A model generated the notes under the pieces. It saw only the letters and a program-made list of their open reading frames with translations. It was not told where the DNA came from and made no database searches. DNA of 64,000 nt from Dicyema japonicum (lineage: Eukaryota; Animalia; Dicyemida), in the NCBI GenBank assembly GCA_011109175.1, contig RDEW01000002.1, forward strand, positions 1,656,111 through 1,720,110. The letters are read 5' to 3'. The position numbers and the translations under genes are program-made. Below, piece after piece: positions 23,365 through 35,700 of the stretch (the stretch's first letter is position 1; each line of letters opens with the position of its first letter).

Positions 23365-24600
23365 CGTGCTTAGAGCCGTTGCCCAAAAGTGTCACAACAA
23401 TTAAATTCGACGAATACGTCAAGAGACATGATCCTCTCGTAGTTATCGGCATTCCACTGCCTCAGCTTGTTGTCCTTAGAAACTAAGAAGTAGAGGGTAC
23501 GGGGAACGAACATGAGACAGGTAATACTAGGAATAAGCCCAAGCCTTGCCTGTCTGAGTAGGCAAAGATCCGCTTGACGCAGTCCCCGAAATCGACCACC
23601 CAGATCCTGATCTGTTGGTCGGCTCCCTCCGTGATCACAAAACTGGAATCGTATGACACATTCGCGGACAGGGCAGGCAGAGAGTGGCCGTACAAATTAT
23701 GAAGTAACTAAAATAAAGACTACCACTACAGACAGCAATACCTGAGTCTAACTGAAAGGCCTCGTCTTCCAGTTCATGAGTAGTCACGTGGTCTAATGGC
23801 AGCCGTTCTCTACAATTAAGACGAAAATTCAGTTTGTCGTTATTCTCGTCGTTTTTAAGGGAAAAATTCCAAAATTTGGAAGTTTTGTCAGCACTTCCAC
23901 TCACAATCGACGTCCAAGATTAATCGAAGGGACAACCGTTTTGCCCGAAGCTTTTGTGCCGTTTTTTTATGATCTTACAAAGCTCTTTCTCCAAGGTAGC
24001 CAAAAGGTAGAAGTGGAGTTTCTTTCCCCTGTTATGACAACCCATTAATGCCCCTTCCATCACAATCTCCGAAGTTCCGGACTCAAATTCCCGATCAATG
24101 GTGCCGATTTCCGTACTTGGACACGACCATGAACACCACTTTCGTCTATGTGTTCCGGAAAGTAGACAATCTCCTCATTTGACGAGGATTCAGTGAATTA
24201 GAATCATAAGGTGACGGAAACTGTTATTTTGAAGCATTTTATGCAAGAAAATGACTTTGAGATGACAAACAAGTAGCTAAAACCCACGTGGAATAAAAGT
24301 CCATTGAATTGGTGACCTACGGACTCCGTTTTGAAGCAATGATGATTGCTGAGCTACCATAACTCGAGCTAGAATAATTGAAGATCTAACCACGTGGCCA
24401 CGACATCGCGGGAGACCATGATTAGGGAGAAAATATGGTTCTTGTGTCCCTTCATTTTATATAGTCCCTTCTCCTCAAAGAGGTCCCCGACAATTATGGT
24501 GCAGTACTGGGACGAAGTGATCATTCGAAGACTGTCAGCCTCAAGTTAGCAGAACATGAGGTCTGGCAACTTATCTCGATGGGCAAGGTCCTGACTTCAT
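23365..24600 (-). pseudogene. WDR3: WDR3/UTP12/DIP2-like WD40 gene fragment, pseudogenised, introns retained
   Basis: IIVGDLFEEKGLYKMKGHK, HHCFKT, IVSGSADKTSKFWNF, LYGHSLPALS..IRIWVVDFGDCVKRIFA, SKDNKLRQWNADNYERI all match WDR3. In-frame TAG at 24354-24356 with an adjacent deletion; no C-terminal Utp12 domain. Confidence 0.8.
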
Positions 24601-24669
24601 CACCATCATGAAAATGAAGCATTTAGCTCCGCAGACACAAGATTAATAGCTCTCATGCTCAGAGGTCAA

Positions 24670-25510
24670 AACGGATGTGATCCCGAATTGCAGAAAAATC
24701 ATTCATTTAATCGATACGCCGACAAAAAACCGATCAACCCCCTTCCGACTAATCCCCATACTTGAAAAGCCGAATCAAAAGAATTATCTCACCATCAAGA
24801 CGGCTTTCGAGCCATCCATTCCACTATTAATCACTTTGCCTCAGCAATTTATTGAATGAAGATTCAACGGAACCACATCAAAGGTCTTTCTTGGTATCAG
24901 TCGGTGCAAGCAGGGAATTCGGCCCGGTATCAAGGCTTTGAAAACAAATTTGGATGGGGACATTAATCAATATAGAAAGATTGCATAATCTGCCTCTTAA
25001 AGAAATTATTAACTTCTCAACATAGCAAGGTTACTTATTTACAACTGAGTTCAACTCTAATTTAAGTGGGTATTTCTTCGCAGGATCGCTTATAAAGTTG
25101 AGGGCGAGAAGTATCACGAGTATGACATCCTTGTGGGAGAACTCTCTTCTCACGACTGTCAAGTAAAGATTATCCCGCTGATGACCTTGGATGAGTTGTC
25201 TCGAAATGATATGGATAGGCGCAACAGGACTCACATAAAATCGACAGGACTTACATCCAATCAGTTGTGTTGAAAAGGACTTTCGAAAGAATGCTAATTG
25301 AACACAAGCGTGGGATGAAGGTCCTCGATGGAGAGTGTACCTCCGCTTCCGACCAGCTTGTAGAGATGGAAGGATGTTCCATTGAATGCTAACAGAGATA
25401 TAATGACTGACACTGATGTGGAGATGAGGAATATGAGTGAGTTGGCAACAAACTCATCTTCAAGAACGAAAACTCTTAATGGGAAATACGAAAGGCTGAG
25501 AAACACTGTG
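24670..25510 (+). mobile_element. Decayed non-LTR fragments (RT domain 1-2, then an RTE-like EN-RT linker)
   Basis: PFRLIPILEK..GF remnants at 24.7-24.9 kb; stop-riddled RTE-like linker at 25.08-25.5 kb. Confidence 0.5.
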
Positions 25511-25529
25511 TTTCATTAATAAATTGTCT

Positions 25530-25543
25530 GTTGCCATGGCAAT
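25530..25543. promoter_or_regulatory. RFX X-box candidate at the CCDC191 start
   Basis: GTTGCCATGGCAAT, 13/14 match to the ideal palindrome GTTGCCATGGCAAC. Confidence 0.65.
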
Positions 25544-25547
25544 AAAT

Positions 25548-27957
25548 ATGTATTCGTGGAAGTCAGTGAATGACAGAAAACCAGACAACATGGAAGATTG
25601 GATTAAAGTACATTATTTACTACTTAAACTAGAAAATAGAAAATTCAGCCTCGAATGCTGTCAAGAACGCAGATAAATACGACCCTCCCTTAAACTACTC
25701 CCACGTCTACAGTGAAGGTAACTAAACGAACCGGATTAAAGCCGAGACTATCCTCCAGGACTGGCTGGATGACGCCTTTGTGACGGAGCTGTCAATCCAA
25801 GACACGTGCAATGTTGAGGACATTTTGGACAGCCTTCGAAGGAATAACAAGATAGACCTCAAATCTTTCGACCCCCAACTCAGAATGAAGCTAAGACAGG
25901 AGAAAGTCAAGCATCCATTAAGCTTAGATCCGGAAAAACCATGAAAAACGCCTCTTTGAGCAAGCCGAGGCCAAAAAGCAGCAGGAAATCCGCAGAACAG
26001 CCCGCGAACAGGCGGTACAGCAATTACTTAAGGAAGAGAACAGTAAAAGGAGTCGGAAGTTGAAGGAGGAGGCGGTAATAAAACACAAAATGGCGGAATT
26101 CAGGAGAGACATTAGAGAATGGAAGAAGACTGTGTGTGATGAAGTCAGGTTGGTCTCTTCCCACATTTAGAACGGTAATAGACATTCAGGACGTCACCAG
26201 AAATATCCAAGAGAATTTGGTGGTGGAGAACCAACGTAAAATGCATCGACAGAAACTGGGAGCTCAAATTATCTCCAATATCGCCGAGAATCTCCAATCC
26301 AACGTACCCGAGTCGATTATTTAAAGATTAAATTCATCTATTTTTCCCGGTGGAGAAACACAGTCACCGAAAATAGCCATAAAATCAAGGTCACTCAGTC
26401 AAAGCTCTCCCGAAAACGTTTGTACGGGATTTGGTCTCATTGGCGGCAGCAATATGGGGGAGTCCTAAGGAAGAAAAATCGAGAGGACATTTTGAGGGCA
26501 GAAGAGATGGATAGAATGTAGTTTTTGGAGACATTCAAGCAAAATAGCACGTGCTCATACTTGGAGAGAGAAAAAGCTGAAACAGAGATTTTTAACCCAT
26601 TGGATCATCCTAGTTCAGTCCAGCCGTCCCTTCCGGGAAAACAACATCGACCTCTGCCAGCAGGCTCAGCTTTTCCTGGCGAAAATTGAAGAAAAAATTG
26701 ACCAAAATAAGATCGTCAGACCAGCAGATGTCGAATATAAAGTAATAGTCGTCCTTCAACCCAGGATGAGAGCACGTGGTGCAATTCCGTGGAGCCTGTG
26801 ACCCTACCCAAGGCAAATAAGACAATCACTAGCAAAATGAAAAGACAGGAGGAAATAATGGGAAAACAGAAGGCAGAAATCGAGCACCAAAGGTCTGAAA
26901 TTGAGTTTCTGAGGCATAAAAATAACACAGTTAGCCTTCAAGGTCATTTTAGGACTTTCTAGAGGCTCAGGCCCAGGCTTGGGAAAAGGCCGAGAAGGTT
27001 TTGAGCCACCAGCAGCGGAATATCGAGTATTTGTAGCCTATCAAGTTCTAGGAGTAAAAACAGAAAATTGACTGGAAAACGAATAATTGTGCCTTCTTTT
27101 CAGTCGGAAATGGAAATCCGTAATAAAAAACGCCGTGAAGAACGGGAAGAGAGAAACCGGAAGAGAAGACTTGCGGAGGAAGAAAACCTAGTAACCACTA
27201 TTTTTCACTCAAAGCGTAAACTAGCTGAAGAGGAGGAAAGAACCAACAGGGAGACCAAGGAAAAGAAAAGACTAGAACTCGCCTTATATAGGCGAGCAAA
27301 AGAAGAAAAAGCCGAGAGGGAGGCCAAAAAGCAACTTTTGGAGGAAAAGACTAAAAGGCTGAACGAGTTGGCAGACGTCCACTACAGCAAATACCTGCTG
27401 AGGTTCATTGGCTGGCGTTGTTGGGCCAATTCAGTCATGCTTGTTAGAAATAAGCAGGTTGAGGCTGAACTGTTCAGAAATAGCCGACTAGTCAGGTTTG
27501 GGGGTTAAAAACGGCAGGAAAGTGTTTGATTGGTGGAAGGAGAGTGTCACTGACGCGATTGAGCTTCGACAGCAACATGCACGTGCTTATTATAGAAGCT
27601 CATTGCTGAAGAGATATTTCAAAAATATTATGAGGTTTATAACCTTGGGGGAGGAAAACGTTAAAACAGCAGAAGAATTTTACGCTAGGAAACTTGCAAA
27701 GTCAGCCATAGATGACTGGGTAAGGGGGACCACGGACAGTCGCATAGAACAGTTTAGACGTGAGAGAGTAGCCAAAAAACACGATGAATTGTAGTTGAGT
27801 GTGTAGTAAACATAGACGGGTGGTCGGGTACTGCTTCAAAATCTGGAAACGTGTGCCCATAATAAAGCGGGAGATGATCCAGGTGGAAAGCAACCGTGAT
27901 GAGCTGAGAAAAAAGGTTAGAGAGATCATCCCAGACTTTTTTAATGTGCCAAAGTGA
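25548..27957 (+). CDS. CCDC191: Coiled-coil domain protein 191
   Basis: MEDWIKKIENSASNAV, YSEAETILQDWLD, DPQLRMKLRQEK and C-terminal ELRKKVREIIPDF match CCDC191 as I recall it; many 22-25 nt introns; TGA at 27955-27957. Alternative in-frame ATG at 25536. Confidence 0.85.
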
Positions 27958-28317
27958 TGTCTTTTATTGTTAGCCTTCGGTCATTAGTATTCATGTAACA
28001 CACCTAAACGGTTAATAAAATCAATCAAATGGGAGATCAACTGAGCCTAGTTGACTCTGCTCCTGTTGCTAATAAATGTTCCCACCGACTAAGAGGCTGT
28101 CGATAACATCATCGCTCATGAAGGTCTCCGAGCAGTGGCACGACAGGGTTCCGACCTCAACGGTCGCCTCAACCGCTACAAGATAGAAATGGTCTGTGAT
28201 TTTAAACTGGGCTATCCTCAACTTTTGCTGAAATGACTCTGGTCCAGGGATAGGTTCAACTTCACCACACCTGATTAAAGAAATATAGAATGGTAGCTTA
28301 ATGACCTCCCGTAGCCA

Positions 28318-28527
28318 CTACCAGGCAAAATATTTGTTAGTTACATGGAAAGGGAAAAAAAGAACCTTCCGATGATTTTTAGGTGCTGGCTCAGCACTGA
28401 TGGTAGTGCTGTGATCTCCAGAGAAAACGCCTCCGAATTGAATAAAGTATGTTTCTATGGCAATGTTGGCACGAGTTCCTACGTCTATCTCTAGAATATG
28501 ACCAAAAAGTTTCCATCTCGATTTCAT
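28318..28527 (-). mobile_element. RTE-clade 3' ORF fragment
   Basis: SRWKLFGHIL..ANIAIETYF..FSGD..TT. Confidence 0.75.
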
Positions 28528-28612
28528 AACGAGAAATGACCCACAAGAAATTACTCGATTTTGAAAACGGATGTATAAAAAAATCCTTTAATAATATGAT
28601 TAAAAAATTAAG

Positions 28613-30770
28613 TCAAATATCACAGATTCGGTCTCTTTTTTGCCTTTCCTTGATAAGACTACTATTCAACTTCTTAAGGGTATCATTGCAATATCTCAGT
28701 TTACTCATGGAATGACTCATCAGTATGCTTAAATTACCATATACGGTACATTACTGATATGAATGCGAACAAGATGACAGTCCTCGAATTGACTATAGTG
28801 TATATGGCCTCAATCCGGCTTGATTCGTTGATTTTCTCTTCTATGATGAGAACCACGTTTTGTAGCGTCTAAAAGGGCCACAAGACTTGGAAGGGGTTTG
28901 ACTGGAGTTTGGAATTACAGAACCTGAAAATGACGTACATTATTGGAATCAATGACAGCAAGAGACAGAGTAGAAATAACTTGAAGATAACCCCCACGAC
29001 ATTCAGTACCATATATGAGCTTTTGGGGGGAATCAATAAGTTGTTCAGCGCATAAATTTTGATATAAAACGTGAAGAAGAACCGCAGTCCGCAAATAAGG
29101 AACATGAAGGGGGAGAACAAGCTCCCAATCCTCAAATAAGAAGACAGACAACCAGGCTATGACTTGGACATATAAAAACTCCAAAATTGCATTCAGAAGC
29201 GAAAACTTGGGAGTCGAAATGAGATTGCAGAACAACCCCCGCAGGAAACTAAATCTAACTCGGACTAAAACATCACAAAATGGTTGTAAAGAATATCCCT
29301 GACTCCAGCAATCAGGAAATCGGTGATAATCAAACTGTAGAAGTGCTCAGAACAGTACGTCTCCCAGCACTACGGGATTACCTCGACTGTACCTTCAGAG
29401 GGTCGCATCCACCGTAACTCACATAACACTGATCTTTTGGTTCGCAGGTTACCTGACCGAAGAGCGTGTAGACCAGAATAACTATCGAGGCAATCTTAAT
29501 CAGGACGGATCTCGTGTATAAGTCATCAATACCTCACCAACGTCACGAATAGCTCAGTGTCTGCCTGGTAGTCCTCGAAAACACTCAGTTTCTCAACAAC
29601 TAACGGGACCACCATATTGAAGAGTACGATCGTCAGTGAAGATACATACTTTTCAAAATCTCCATGATTATCCCCCACGTTTTTCTGGAAGAAGCAGTCA
29701 TAGGTACCTTCAAGGAGTATTGGAGGGCCATATAAATCGCATAGCCACAGGCAGACAAAAAACTGACCATCACCAGATTGACGACCAATCGCTTTAAGAA
29801 TAAGAGTTTACCCTGTTCCTGCTTCTTCTTGACCACAAAGTAGGCAATGCGAGCCTGTAATGAGTGACCTGACTACCCGAATTTGGCTTATTAACTGAAT
29901 CCGTCTTTTCTCCAAGTCTTGGGTGTTGAATCCAATTTCCGCGTAAATGTAGCCAGAAAATATATTTTCGCTGGTTTTGTCGACTTTTCTCTTATATTTG
30001 AGCTTGTTAGTAGCATTAGCCCTGAAATCAAAACTCGGGGTCACTTGGTCGAAAAATAGGCCAAGCTCAGGACGTAACAGAACACCAAACTGCAAAGATA
30101 GGCCAGAGCGATGTTATATTCGCGGGAGGAACCGAAGTACAGTTTACCGTATAACCCCGATAAATCTCCGTATGATATATGATCAACGTATGTCTGCGTA
30201 AAGGTACACAGCTTACCGATTTTTGACGATCTTCATATTTTATGCTGCAATTTTTGACCAACACATTCTCCTTGGAAGTCATAAAGGAGATGCTGTGGGG
30301 TATATTTTCAATGTTAGCGATAATGTTTGGAAGGTGGACGAAAGAGAAGCAAACCAGGCCAAAAAATAAGTTCATAAAAATCAGAGATCTTAAAACCGTG
30401 AAGTACGAACGAATTCCATTACCGAACCGAACTAAAATTAGCCCCCAACATCACTAGAAAGGGCTCCCGTCAAGCGATCGTGAGACGATTGAAATCTGAT
30501 AGGTAATTTCCTCTTTGTGGTTTTCTTTAGAGTGCTGAACATATTCCTCAATGTCCCCTTTTTATCTTTTTTATTCCTCACTCCCAGTCTCTCTCTAGAC
30601 GTTACCAAGTCCCCCAACTTAATTTCTACTTTCAAATGTAGTGGTAAGTCCAGTTCCCTTAGATGATTAACCATGTAGACATTCATATCCTCCTCATTCC
30701 AATTCTCTTGTACGCTATTCCTAATATCTGAAATGGTTTCCAACACCCTTGGGTCCTCGGGAGATTCCAT
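28613..30770 (-). CDS. Transmembrane channel-like (TMC) protein, TMC7-like
   Basis: RFGNGIRSYFTVLRSLIFMN, YNIALAYL, CWETY, PSKSCGPF; short introns. An apparent 1-nt deletion at about 28845 shifts the last exons. Confidence 0.9.
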
Positions 30771-31714
30771 TGGTGGGGATTACGGCAGATTTATAATATA
30801 GCAGTCCAGATTAAAATCCCGTGATGCTTTTAATCCCACGTGCATCCGGTATATCACACTGATTAGTAAATATGGATTTAACTTGGTTAATGTTTATTTT
30901 TTGAGTTTTAGCACGTGCCTTGAAAATTGAGCTCATGGGTAACTAAATTGTCTCTATTGCCTTAAATGGTTATAACCCTCGTCCCCTTCTTGTCCAATGG
31001 TGGACGGATATACCAACGTTTAAGTTTGAATCCCTAGTCCAAAATCTGGGGGACCAAAGGAATTGTTGGACTATTAATTCACGAACATTATTTTAATGAC
31101 ATGTGACCGATTTCCCCCACTGATTCCCAACATCAAACCCCCAGAGAACAACTAGATTGATCCTTCGTAAGGATACTGCACTAAATGGCTTAATCCTCTC
31201 ATGACAGACGTAAGCCCTCTCCCCTTCACTTAAAGATGGACTCGAGAGGTCGGTAATGTCAAAGACAAAAATTTTGTATTCGAATCTCCTCAGACCTGAA
31301 ATTTAAAGGAATTTCGGCTGTGATCATCTCCCTAGGGGTGGACCAAGGTGAAGATTATTTTAGTACACAATGGACAATGTTTGTTTTCTCATTCAGACAC
31401 ACCTAGTAACCACCAAATAAACACATCATAATACCTCATTAGTGGTCAGTAACTAAGCAACCTACCATATTGTCTTAAATATGGATTAAAACATCAAGTG
31501 TGAATTCCTTTCGATGTCGATTGGATGCAAGCTATCTGACTTCCGATCTTCTCAACCGAAGGGCTACTGATGACTGACGGCACCGCCCTTGGAAATAGTT
31601 GCGGATGGAAATATGAAGCCTTATTTATTTAAAGACCAAGAATCACTACTAAATTAAGGGAGAGAAACACAGTGAGCCTCTTTTAGTAACCACCTCATCT
31701 TCTCCGAGTGTTCC

Positions 31715-31800
31715 TTTTTAAATAAATTATTATTCCAAAGACCAGGGTAAAACAAAACTATCTAATTCCTTGATCCAGACGCGTTCCAGCAAAACCCTTA
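31715..31800 (-). mobile_element. About 85-bp retroelement 3' end with (TAA)n-like tail
   Basis: Minus strand GCTGGAACGCGTCTGGATCAAGGAATTAGATAGTTTTGTTTTACCCTGGTCTTTGGAATAATAAT matches the 2710-2765 family end. Confidence 0.65.
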
Positions 31801-32028
31801 CCCAAGTATAGTGATCGAGAGGATATTGTCCGGGAAGCTGAGGTCGATTCCAGAACTTGTCACCAGGAAGCGAAATTGTCTCACGGTGGAATGAATAAAT
31901 GGATCCTTTTGAATGCCGGCAGGCAATTGGCGTCTCCTGAGTAAGGTGTATTCAAAAACGCCATTAGAGTAAAGAAGAGAAATCTTCAATAAAGTATCCA
32001 CATGCCACCACACGGCTACATTAATCAT
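31800..32028 (-). pseudogene. 5' fragment of an orphan gene, divergent from GCSH, apparently cut by the retro-insertion
   Basis: ATG beside a 90-bp AT-rich spacer like other real starts; one splice model gives a signal-peptide-like MINVAVFLFFTLMAFL; reading ends at the element boundary. Confidence 0.35.
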
Positions 32029-32118
32029 TTCTCATTGTTCCTCCTTAAAAATTAATATTTATAATTTTTCTAAGTAATTTATTAAACAATAATTTATTTA
32101 AAATTTGAATTTTCCTAA

Positions 32119-32667
32119 ATGAGGCTTAACAAAATGGTAAAGCATTTCATTAATTTCTCAAATATTCGTTTTCTGCATTCGTCTCCAGCTTTACTTGGTA
32201 GTAAAGTAAATAACCTTGGTTAGATCGGTTTTACACAAAGAACCACGAATGGATTGATATCGACAAGAACGTGGGATCTGTCGGATTGACTTCCTATGCA
32301 ACCGTGCTCCTCTCTATTGATGCTTAGGAAAGTTTGGGGGAGATTGTCTACGTCGAATTGCCGGAGGTTGGAAACTCTGTCAGAGAAAATGGTTATTACT
32401 AAAATAAGGTAAAATAGAGACTTGTCTCACCGTGGAGAGCGTAAAGGCTGCTAGTAGTGTCTACTCCCCAGTGGAAGGAACCGTCACTGAAATCAACCAG
32501 GATTTGATAGACAAGCCCTCTCTTTTAGACAAATCAGAGCATAATAATGGTTGTCTGAATTATTACTCCAAGTCTGGATTTTTAGACTCAAATTTGCCCC
32601 AAAGGCGGGAAAAAGTCATCTTTTGTCTGATAGAGAATATAAGAACTTCATTATTGAACGAAATTAA
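32119..32667 (+). CDS. GCSH: Glycine cleavage system H protein, mitochondrial
   Basis: Transit-like N-terminus, RFYTKNHEWI, LGEIVYVELPEVG, lipoyl motif ESVKAAS, VWIFRLK; four introns of 27, 24, 26 and 23 nt; TAA at 32665-32667. Confidence 0.95.
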
Positions 32668-32716
32668 TTCGGCTTTAATTTCCTAACATTAACTTGATTT
32701 TAAAATTCATAATTAT

Positions 32717-32729
32717 ATTCCTAGGCAAC
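32717..32729. promoter_or_regulatory. RFX X-box candidate 1 nt before the CFAP43 ATG
   Basis: ATTCCT-A-GGCAAC fits RTHNYY-N(0-3)-RRNRAC. Confidence 0.55.
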
Positions 32730-32730
32730 A

Positions 32731-35700
32731 ATGGTCGATGATTCGCTTATTTGGACGAGGGGACTGGATAACCCTTACCCGTGTTTGTGTGCAGGCAATG
32801 TTGTCTTTTTGTGTGGGGATGTCGTAAAATACGCCGAAAATGAGTTGCAATCCGCGATCTGTAAGTTGGAAACTGCTGATGTGTCCCTGATTGCTGGGCA
32901 TCCTTCAAAACCATACTTGGCCACCTGCAGTGGGTTGCCTCCCAATTTGACAGTTACGGTGTATAAGTCAATGCGCACGTGCTTTCAGTTTGAGGAAAGT
33001 GAAAGGATTGTTCATCTTCAGTTTATTTCCGGCAAGGTCATCCTTGAGTTGACGAAGAAGTCGTTTAAATTATGGTTGTGCACTTTTTTTATTCAGGAAT
33101 TTTAAAACCAAAAAATTCATCGTTGAAGAAAAACTCGAATATTTCGAAAAATTCGACGTGACGACTAATCACAGCGACAGCAATAAGTTCATCCTAAAAC
33201 TGGACAACCAAGTCTTCGTTTACGTTATTTCCAACTGTGGGGACTTCTGTGAGCTCTCAAACAAGTACTATTCCTGATTATTCAGCCTTATCGTCCCCAC
33301 TCCCCCGAATCAGAGGGCCCAGAGCACATTCCTTAAACACCGACTTATAAGTTTCTTTGAAAACCCCGTAAATGACTCGTTTCCGCAATCCTGTCTGATG
33401 AATTTGTCACATGATCAATTTGAGGAATATCTCAAGTACAAGAATTCGACTCCCAATCTGGACTCGTTCTGTTGGCTGGACCCCAAAAACATCCTAGTTT
33501 TTTCCGACAGGAATAACTTTTATAAGGTAATTCCCTCGACTCAATGCAGTACAACGTGGACTCTGCTACAGTCGTTAGCGAGTTCAGATTGAAGCGGGAA
33601 ACAACGGAAATGGACGACAAGAGCTCTATCGTTTCTATGGGCTCGGAAGGCGGGGACATTTACTGCTTGACTAACGTTCCGTGTCGGATGATTTGTAGAA
33701 CTTCGATTTCATGCATTTGAGACTCCAGAATAACGAACTGAAAGTGCAGTTCACTAAGAAAATTTCAAATTTGAATGGCCAATTTGAAAAGATTTTTATC
33801 ATTCCTGACAGAATAAACAACAGGATTTTACTATTTTTTTGACAAAGTTACCCCATTTGTTATCTTAGAACTTTGTTTACTCCTACGCCCCCCAGACACA
33901 GTTGATTGCCCTCATAAATAACGACGACTGCGAGATGATCACAGAATGCTCCACTTTTTATCAAAACGGGGATTACCTGGCCGTATTAGTCCGATTAACC
34001 CCTAGACTACTCAAAAAGAAGGAAAACTCTCCTTCTGGAACATCGAGAATGACACCTTAGTCGCGAGACACTGTCTCCCCTTTGAAGTACTGCTTTATTA
34101 ATCCTGAGATAACTTCCCTCACAGCACTCTCGACCGCCCCAGTCGTTCTGTTTGGGGACGACTGTGGCTACCTGCATGTCTATGACATGACAGTTCTCAC
34201 TGATTTGCGACTATTGCAGAAGATTAGACTTTACAAGACTCCGTTGAACCTCATCAAGTTGTTGAATGACTAACTTCTATCAGGACAGACAATTCCGTCA
34301 TTTCCCTCTCGTCAGATCACAATCCCCGGACTTATTTTATGAGTGCGGATCCTCTGGGAATGTACGAGATCTTCGAATGGACGGGTTCTGAAATTTTTTA
34401 CTTTCAGAGGTTGAACGTGGAAATGTGGATTATTTATCACTCGTTGGATCCCCAGGAGGATCAACCTGTCTGATTTCCTCAGCCTTCGAGTCAAACTCAG
34501 AGATTTACATCGTTGAGCTTGTAGACTGTAGGGGTTGTTGTTACTCTAGCGAAAATTGAGAGTAAAACGAGATATACCGTGAATGGCAAATTTAGTGGCA
34601 TAGTGCTGACGTCACCCAACACGTTTCTAGGCACAGTGGTCCCCCACTTTCTAAGAGAGTGGACAGCTGAGGATCCCAATAAATGCGGGACGTTAATGGA
34701 AGACGTGCAGAAAATTTGTGCTTCCAGTGACGGAAAAAGTCTAATATTGTTAAAGAACGACGGATGCCTATATACTTCCACGTGTCAACTGGTTCTCCGT
34801 AAATTAACCGAATTAGGGAAAGTTATGTAATCTGGTTACTTTCCCCGAATCACGGAACGTCGTGTCAGTGGAGTTCTCCTTTAGCGGAAAATACATAATA
34901 GTTGGGACCCGGGAAGGGACGCTATACTGCTTTTCTAACAAGTTGGGTAAGCCCTAACTGTTAAGAAGCCAAAGCAAAGATTCCCACGTGCTGAGTGCTG
35001 TGAAGTCGGAGGCTTGGCAAAAGTCTAAAGTTGTGAAGGAAATTCCGGGGTTTGAGAAAAAAGTGGTATGTTGGGGGCATTAGCGTGAGAACTTGGTGAA
35101 TGCGGCGGAGGTGGACTTTGAGTTTACGATGAGCTCGGAGGACCCAACGTTGCAAGAGGAGATTGAACTGGAAGAAAATATGAAGGAAAACTCCAAGTAT
35201 TCCGACCAGAAGAAGATGCTGAGAGCAAAACTGAAGGAAATCTCAGACTCAGTAGAAATCGTGACAATTTCTAGATTCGTCAAATTCGGCTGGAAAACGA
35301 GTCAAAGCCGGAAGTAGAGAAACTCGACCTGGACCAGTTAGTGGTGGACGTCGAACGGAAGGAAGGCCTTCGTTCAAAATGCGACAATTTGATCAACCAA
35401 GTTTCTCATTTGCTCAAAAAAGATAAAAATTGACATTGAAGCTGAAAATTCGTCAAAAAAGGGCAAGATTACTCAGATAGAGAAGGAATACTGGGACAAA
35501 TATCAAGTGAAGGCTCACTCCATATTGGTAAGGCCATCTATTCGACCCTAGGCTTTCAACGGGACGTTGGAGATCACCAACTTCCCCATGCAGAAGGAGT
35601 CGAATGAGTTAGAGGAGAATATTGCCAAAATAATGGAGAGGGAGGCCGTCACGTCGATCGAAAGAACGGTAGTCTGTTTAGTCCCTTCATAGTTGGTCCT

